DNA of 64,000 nt from Anaerolineae bacterium (GTDB taxonomy: Bacteria > Chloroflexota > Anaerolineae > B4-G1 > SLSP01), in NCBI GenBank assembly GCA_040767155.1, contig JAXGPC010000005.1, positions 390,841-454,840 of the forward strand, read 5' to 3'. Within the stretch, counting starts at the first letter, position 1; the number at the start of each line of letters is the position of its first letter. Below the pieces are notes generated by a model, which saw only the letters and a list, made by a program, of their open reading frames with translations, was not told the origin of the DNA and did not search any database. The position numbers and the translations under genes were made by a program. Of the stretch, positions 59,329 through 64,000 are shown in pieces.

Positions 59329-59508
59329 GGGTCCCGCGTCTGCGCGGGCGTGCGCCCTGAGCTCTGCCCCTGGTAACCGGGGTCCCGCGTCTGCGCGGGC
59401 GTGCGCCCTGAGCTCTGCCCCTGGTAACCCGGGTCCCGCGTCTGCGCGGGCGTGCGCCCTGAGCTCTGCCCCTGGTAACCCGGGTCCCGCGTCTGCGCGG
59501 GCGTGCGC
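59329..59508. repeat. 51-bp tandem direct repeat (3.5 copies), each unit containing a CCCGCG-tct-GCGCGGG hairpin
   Basis: Unit gtcccgcgtctgcgcgggcgtgcgccctgagctctgcccctggtaacc[c/g]gg starts at 59331, 59382, 59433 and 59484. It fills the entire convergent gap between the iorB and methyltransferase stops. Confidence 0.85.
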
Positions 59509-59509
59509 T

Positions 59510-60313
59510 TCAGGACGCGACGAAGATACCGGAAGCTTTGGTGATGTGGAAGGTTCCCTTGGTCTCGATGTGCGCTGCCACGGTGCGGCGGATTGTTGCC
59601 CACTGTGAGGGCTCCAGCGTGCAGTGCATCAGCGTCGTGGACGATCGCAGGTAGGCTACGACCGGCTGGACTTCGGTGACTTCCAGCCCATCCTCGTAAT
59701 CGTAACGTGCCACGTTCGAGAAGACCCGGGCAAGTTGCTCCCCGCCATTTTGCAGCATGAAGGCCCTGGAGACTCCCTGCGTGCGGTCGTGGATATCGGG
59801 AACGAAAGGTTCAACCAGGTTCCAGAGCTCCTTCATGTGCTCTTCCCCTACCGTCGTCGCAAACAGCGTTCCCCCGGGCTTCAGCACGCGCCGCACCTCA
59901 CCGAGCGCCTGTTGCCGGTCGGGTACGTGGTAGAGCATGTGGTTCGCGATCAGGGCGTCGAAAGCCCTGTCGGCAAAGGAGATCGATTGTGCATCAACGG
60001 TCCTGAACGTGGGCGCCGTTGGTAGCTCTCTGAGTTTCTGTTGCGCCGCCTCGATCATCCCATCCGAGGCATCGGTGAGGGTCAATGACCACCCCGCGGG
60101 AATGCGCGCCCGGTTACTTTCCCACAGATCGCCGGGGCCACAGCCCAGCTCCAGGACCTGCGCATGGTCGGGAAGGCCGGCACGCTCGAGGATGTCGAAG
60201 ACCCAGCGCTGCCATCCATAGGGGTTGGTGCTGAAGCGCGCATGGAGCGCGATGCGTGCGTTCAGGTTCTGGTCGTCTCGGTACTGCACCTGCACATCCT
60301 GTGCGTCATTCAT
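59510..60313 (-). CDS. class I SAM-dependent methyltransferase
   Basis: VLELGCGPGDL motif I and a downstream motif II/III. Start at MNDAQDV overlaps the LOG gene stop. Confidence 0.8.
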   Translation of the reverse strand: MNDAQDVQVQYRDDQNLNARIALHARFSTNPYGWQRWVFDILERAGLPDHAQVLELGCGPGDLWESNRARIPAGWSLTLTDASDGMIEAAQQKLRELPTAPTFRTVDAQSISFADRAFDALIANHMLYHVPDRQQALGEVRRVLKPGGTLFATTVGEEHMKELWNLVEPFVPDIHDRTQGVSRAFMLQNGGEQLARVFSNVARYDYEDGLEVTEVQPVVAYLRSSTTLMHCTLEPSQWATIRRTVAAHIETKGTFHITKASGIFVAS

Positions 60314-60891
60314 GCCTCGCCTCCGGGTTCGAACCATTTGCGCGGCGGCAAGATGGGTTTGTAAGTGTCGACGTAGGCGAGCGCTGCCGCCACATCATCA
60401 TAAACGGCATAGAGCTCGCGCCACGGCTTGGCGAAACCCTCGCGGTAGTAGTGCTCGAACAACGCGATCAGCGGCTCGTAGAAGCCCTGGATGTTCAGCA
60501 GGACGACTGGCTTGGTGTGCTCACGCAATTGGCGCAACGTCAGGATCTCGGCGAGCTCCTCGAGCGTGCCAAAGCCGCCCGGAAGGACGAGGAAGGCATC
60601 CGCCAGGGCTTCCATCCGCGCCTTGCGCTCGCGCATATCGTCCGTGATCACGAACTCATCGAGCAACGCAAAGGTAATGGGCTCCGCCGCCAGAACCCTG
60701 GGCATCACGCCGATCACGTGCCCGCCGCCGGCCTTCACCGCACGGGCGAGCGCCCCCATCAGCCCGATGCCCGCGCCACCGTAGACCAGCGTGTCACCGC
60801 GCTGTGCGATCATCTGCCCCAGGGCCTCTGCGGCCCTGAAGTAGGCGGGGGCCACGGCATCGCTCGATGCGCAATACACACAGATGTTCAT
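60310..60891 (-). CDS. LOG family protein (TIGR00730; cytokinin riboside 5'-monophosphate phosphoribohydrolase-like)
   Basis: VYGGAGIGLMG and PGGFGTLEE signature motifs. Start at MNICVYC. Confidence 0.8.
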   Translation of the reverse strand: MNICVYCASSDAVAPAYFRAAEALGQMIAQRGDTLVYGGAGIGLMGALARAVKAGGGHVIGVMPRVLAAEPITFALLDEFVITDDMRERKARMEALADAFLVLPGGFGTLEELAEILTLRQLREHTKPVVLLNIQGFYEPLIALFEHYYREGFAKPWRELYAVYDDVAAALAYVDTYKPILPPRKWFEPGGEA

Positions 60892-60904
60892 CGATTGCTC
60901 CTGA

Positions 60905-61669
60905 TCAGAGCTCGAGACACGCCTCAGCTGCCAACCAGAACAGCTTCTCACGGACCGACGTATGCTCGTTCCATTGGCGCGAGTCCCACGTGTCGCCGCT
61001 GACATCATCGCCGCCATACAGGATCTGGCCGAATGTCACCCCGCGAAAGGCCGCCACGGCGAAGAAGGCCGCGGCCTCCATCTCCACCGTCAGGCACCCC
61101 TCCTGCCTGCGCAATGCGACTTTCGCGGGTGTCTCGCGGTAGAAGGCATCGGTGGTCCAGGTCTTGCCGAGCAGGTAGGGAACGGCGTGTCGGGTCAGGA
61201 CGCGTTCGATGGCCCGGACCGCCACGTCGGAAGCCTGCGCTTCGCGAGCGGGTGGCGCATAGTGGTAGGACGTCCCCTCGTCTCGGATCGCCGTTGTTGG
61301 CACGACGAGGTGGCCGACCGTGAGGTCGCGGTTGAGGACGCCGGCGCCCCCACACGCGATGAACGTTCGTCCCCCCTTGGCGATGGCCTCCTCGAGCAGC
61401 CCGGCAGCCAGCGAGGCGCCGACGCCCGGGTGGAAGACCGTGAGTTGCTGGCCATCGATCTCCAGCGCATAGAAGGGATGCTCGCACAACTCGGACTTGG
61501 AGCTGGTGACCTTGCGGAGGCGCCCGCTCTCGACGAGTTGGGTGAGCACCTCCTGGAAGAAACAGATGACGCATCGCTCCGGGAGACCCGCAGGCTCTAT
61601 CAGCTCAGCGGGTTCGATCACGGCCCTGCGTGTTGGGTCGAATTCCAGGATGGGGTAGGCTTGTTGCAT
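60905..61669 (-). CDS. nucleoside phosphorylase family protein (PNP_UDP_1 fold)
   Basis: TFIACGGAG...GHLVVPT...EMEAAAFF blocks are typical of the PNP/MTAP/AMP-nucleosidase fold. Confidence 0.65.
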   Translation of the reverse strand: MQQAYPILEFDPTRRAVIEPAELIEPAGLPERCVICFFQEVLTQLVESGRLRKVTSSKSELCEHPFYALEIDGQQLTVFHPGVGASLAAGLLEEAIAKGGRTFIACGGAGVLNRDLTVGHLVVPTTAIRDEGTSYHYAPPAREAQASDVAVRAIERVLTRHAVPYLLGKTWTTDAFYRETPAKVALRRQEGCLTVEMEAAAFFAVAAFRGVTFGQILYGGDDVSGDTWDSRQWNEHTSVREKLFWLAAEACLEL

Positions 61670-61886
61670 CGGGTCTCCAATATTGCAGGATCAGGTTTGG
61701 ACCTGGTCGCGCGAGATGGGCAATGTGCGCCAATGGTAGGGCAGATCGGCCGTCCGTCAACTATCTGTCGGTGCTTGGATTCTCTCGAATCTCCGGCACT
61801 TACCCGGGCAGCGTGGCATTGACGCCAGAAGCCCGACCCCTATACTCCTGGACAACCCAACCCCTGTGCGACTGGAGGCTCCCCTG

Positions 61887-62369
61887 ATGTCAAGATACCA
61901 CATGCATAAAGCCGAAGCGGCGATCACCGACGAAGCCGCCATCCAGGACATCCTCGCAGCCGGAAAGTATGCCACGTTGGCCTTTGCCAGGCACGGCGAA
62001 CCCTACCTGGTCACGATGAACTACGGCTATGATTCCACGGCGCGAGCGCTTTACCTTCATTCCGCCCCGCGCGGGCTCAAGCTCGAGTTCGCGCGCGAGA
62101 ATCCACAGGTCTGCGGCACCGTGATCATTGACGATGGCTATATCCCCAACCGCTGTTCACACGCCTACCGCTCGGTTGTCTTCTGGGGGCGAGTCGAGTT
62201 TCTCGAGACGCCCGAGGAGAAGGCCTATGGCCTGGGCGTTCTGATCGACTGTCTCGAACCCGACCCTGCCGCAACGCGCGAGAGGTTACTCTCCGATCCT
62301 GGCCGGCTCAATAACGTCGCCGTCCTCAAGATCTCGATTGACGAGGTCAGCGGCCGGATGGGGAAGTAG
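61887..62369 (+). CDS. pyridoxamine 5'-phosphate oxidase-like FMN-binding split-barrel protein
   Basis: Size and pattern (ATLAF...PYLVTMNY...LHSAP) of the PNPOx-like family. Confidence 0.55.
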   Translation: MSRYHMHKAEAAITDEAAIQDILAAGKYATLAFARHGEPYLVTMNYGYDSTARALYLHSAPRGLKLEFARENPQVCGTVIIDDGYIPNRCSHAYRSVVFWGRVEFLETPEEKAYGLGVLIDCLEPDPAATRERLLSDPGRLNNVAVLKISIDEVSGRMGK

Positions 62370-62399
62370 GGGCAGGGCTATCGCATTTCGTAGCCCCGC

Positions 62400-62520
62400 G
62401 ACGGAATGCGATACGCGGCCTCTGCGAGGGCCAGAAACCCTCGCAAGGGTTCCGAGCGCACAACTGTGGTAATCCCAGAACCCTTCGCAAGGTGCGGAAA
62501 CCTTGCGAAGGTGCGCGCAG
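62400..62520 (+). ncRNA. candidate structured 5' leader RNA: three consecutive hairpins with YUCGCAAGG loop/stem cores upstream of the YhhQ-family transporter
   Basis: gaaaCCCTCGCAAGGGttcc, gaaCCCTTCGCAAGGtgcg and gaaaCCTTGCGAAGGtgcg occur in tandem 160-280 nt upstream of the transporter ATG. Confidence 0.3.
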
Positions 62521-62677
62521 GCACAGGCCTTATGTGATTGCCCTGTCCCGGACTGGTTCCGGGGGCACTGTGAACCCGGGTATGGTATACTTGCGCGCGA
62601 GCACGCCAGAGTTGTGCGTGCGTTCCGTTGAGGGGGGAAGTGTGGCGCAGGATGTGGGGTCTCGGGGCGTGTCGAGC

Positions 62678-63277
62678 ATGGCGACGCGGGCGGGTGTGCT
62701 GACCGTCGCCGCGTATATCGGCGCGCAGATGATGTCGGATATCGGTAGCCTCAAGATTGCCCAGGTCGGCGGCTTCAGTATCGACGGTGGCACCTTCATC
62801 TACCCCTTCACCTTCACGCTGCGCGACATCGTACACAAGCTCCTTGGGCGCAATGCGGCGCGCACGCTGGTCGTCGCTGCTGCGGCGATCAACATGCTGA
62901 TGGCGCTCTTCTTTGCTTTCCTGGCCCGCTTGCCCGCAGATCCGGCCTGGCCCCTGCAGGAAGCGTTTGCTGCGGTCCTGAACCCGGTCTGGCGCATTGT
63001 GCTTGCGAGCATCGTCGCCGAGGTCGTCAGTGAGCTACTCGATACCGAGATCTATCACCTCTGGGTGAACCGGATCACGCGGCATTATCAGTGGGCGCGG
63101 GTCCTGGTCAGCAATAGCCTGAGCGTGCCCGTGGATAGCTTGATCTTCGTGTGGATCGCCTTTGGCGGCGTGCTGCCGACCGCCGTCGTCTGGTCGATCT
63201 TCTGGGCCAATTTGCTGATCAAGGGCGCGACGACGCTGATCAGCCTTCCGGGCATTTACCTCGTCAGAGAAGGATGA
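62678..63277 (+). CDS. queuosine-precursor transporter family protein (YhhQ/DUF165)
   Basis: FIYPFTFTLRDIV and multiple TM helices match the YhhQ family (E. coli FSFPFIFLATDL). Start at MATRAGV. Confidence 0.7.
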   Translation: MATRAGVLTVAAYIGAQMMSDIGSLKIAQVGGFSIDGGTFIYPFTFTLRDIVHKLLGRNAARTLVVAAAAINMLMALFFAFLARLPADPAWPLQEAFAAVLNPVWRIVLASIVAEVVSELLDTEIYHLWVNRITRHYQWARVLVSNSLSVPVDSLIFVWIAFGGVLPTAVVWSIFWANLLIKGATTLISLPGIYLVREG

Positions 63278-63281
63278 TCCT

Positions 63282-64000
63282 ATGACGCAGTCCAGGAAAC
63301 GACAGCCGGCGTCTCGACCGGAAGGGGATGACGAAATGGATGACCTGCCCGTGGAGGAGTCTCCTGCGGGCACCGAGTCCTCAGCCGATGCTGACCCTTC
63401 AGCCGACGTTGACTCGTCAGCCGATGCTGAGTCCTCAGCCGATGCTGAGTCCTCAGCCCTGATCGACCGCTTCCTTGCCGAGAGCGGCGGTTCAGCCGTT
63501 CGCGACGGTGAGTCCGAAGCCCCCGAGGATTGGCGGACGGCCGACGTCCCCGAAGGTCACCGTTCGGGTTTCGTCGCCGTGATCGGCCGCCCCAACGTTG
63601 GCAAGTCCACGCTGGTCAACGCCCTGGTCGGGCAGAAGATCGCCATCGTTTCGCCCAAGCCGCAGACGACGCGCAACCGCATCACCGGCATCCTCACGGC
63701 GCCCGAGTATCAGATGATCTTCATCGATACCCCTGGCATTCACCAAGGCCCGCCGCATCGCCTCAACAAGATCATGGTCGACCAGGCCGTCAGCGCGATC
63801 CCCGATGCCGACGTGATCCTCTTTGTCGTCGATGTCTCGGCGCGACCTCGCGATGAGGACCGGGCGATCGCAGGCCTGCTCCAGGAGAAGGCTGCGACCC
63901 GGCCCGTGTTCTTCGTCCTCAACAAGATGGACCAACTCACCCTGGCGCAGGCCGAGGCACGCATCCAATCCTATTGGGCGTTGCTGCCGGGCTATGCCGA
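63282..64000 (+). CDS. era: GTPase Era, 5' portion (runs off window end), with an about 85-aa acidic N-terminal extension
   Basis: GFVAVIGRPNVGKSTLVNALVGQKIAIVSPKPQTTR...IFIDTPGIH: G1, G2 and G3 motifs of Era. Absent from the ORF track because there is no stop inside the window. Confidence 0.85.
   Translation, partial: MTQSRKRQPASRPEGDDEMDDLPVEESPAGTESSADADPSADVDSSADAESSADAESSALIDRFLAESGGSAVRDGESEAPEDWRTADVPEGHRSGFVAVIGRPNVGKSTLVNALVGQKIAIVSPKPQTTRNRITGILTAPEYQMIFIDTPGIHQGPPHRLNKIMVDQAVSAIPDADVILFVVDVSARPRDEDRAIAGLLQEKAATRPVFFVLNKMDQLTLAQAEARIQSYWALLPGYA

Noticed and set aside
59329-59508. Possible CRISPR array
   Set aside because: The repeats are directly contiguous with no unique spacers, and no cas genes are present in the window.
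59136-59608. ORFs 59136-59603 (-) and 59318-59608 (+)
   Set aside because: They are translations of the 51-bp tandem DNA repeat (hence repeated peptide blocks such as RTPAQTRDPGYQGQSSG). There is no start context and they are intergenic.

Overview
This is a high-GC (about 64-65%) bacterial chromosomal window. The gene content fits Chloroflexota, but that is inferred, not proven. I found no rRNA or tRNA genes, no CRISPR array and no transposase or integrase. Reading left to right, most of the window is ordinary metabolism and housekeeping: hopanoid genes (shc-hpnH-hpnA), a sugar-catabolism accessory region (a GH65 enzyme, two Gfo/Idh/MocA oxidoreductases, a Zn-dependent dehydrogenase, an SDR oxidoreductase and a decayed TIM-barrel fragment), and an archaeal-type mevalonate block (class II HMG-CoA reductase, HMG-CoA synthase, thiolase, a DUF35 protein and a DUF4177 protein). 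After that come recN, ssb and a fused sat/cysC gene, then tsaC/sua5, rpoD, a NarL-type two-component pair and rlmN, followed by a roughly 1330-aa TPR protein whose central region is an acidic tandem-repeat array. The last quarter holds ndk, the fixABCX electron-transfer flavoprotein cluster, a CoA-transferase, alanine dehydrogenase, galK, iorA and iorB, a LOG / nucleoside-phosphorylase / methyltransferase operon, a YhhQ-type transporter and era. The most unusual locus is a tightly translationally coupled nine-gene operon at 20.9-27.9 kb. It encodes a PATAN (DUF4388) protein, a conservon-type CvnD/MglA-like small GTPase, two paralogous alpha/beta hydrolases (one lacks the nucleophile serine), a V4R domain protein, a left-handed beta-helix protein, a response regulator with a degenerate GGDEF domain, a CheY-like receiver and an amidase. 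There is no Roadblock/MglB partner and no histidine kinase in the operon. I propose it as an undescribed GTPase-centred signalling module. Further observations are a four-helix-bundle gene inserted between iorA and iorB and bracketed by inverted arrays of a GCGARWAR octamer repeat, with a third array at 16.3 kb. There is also a 51-bp hairpin-containing tandem repeat filling a convergent intergenic gap, and a candidate structured RNA upstream of the YhhQ transporter.
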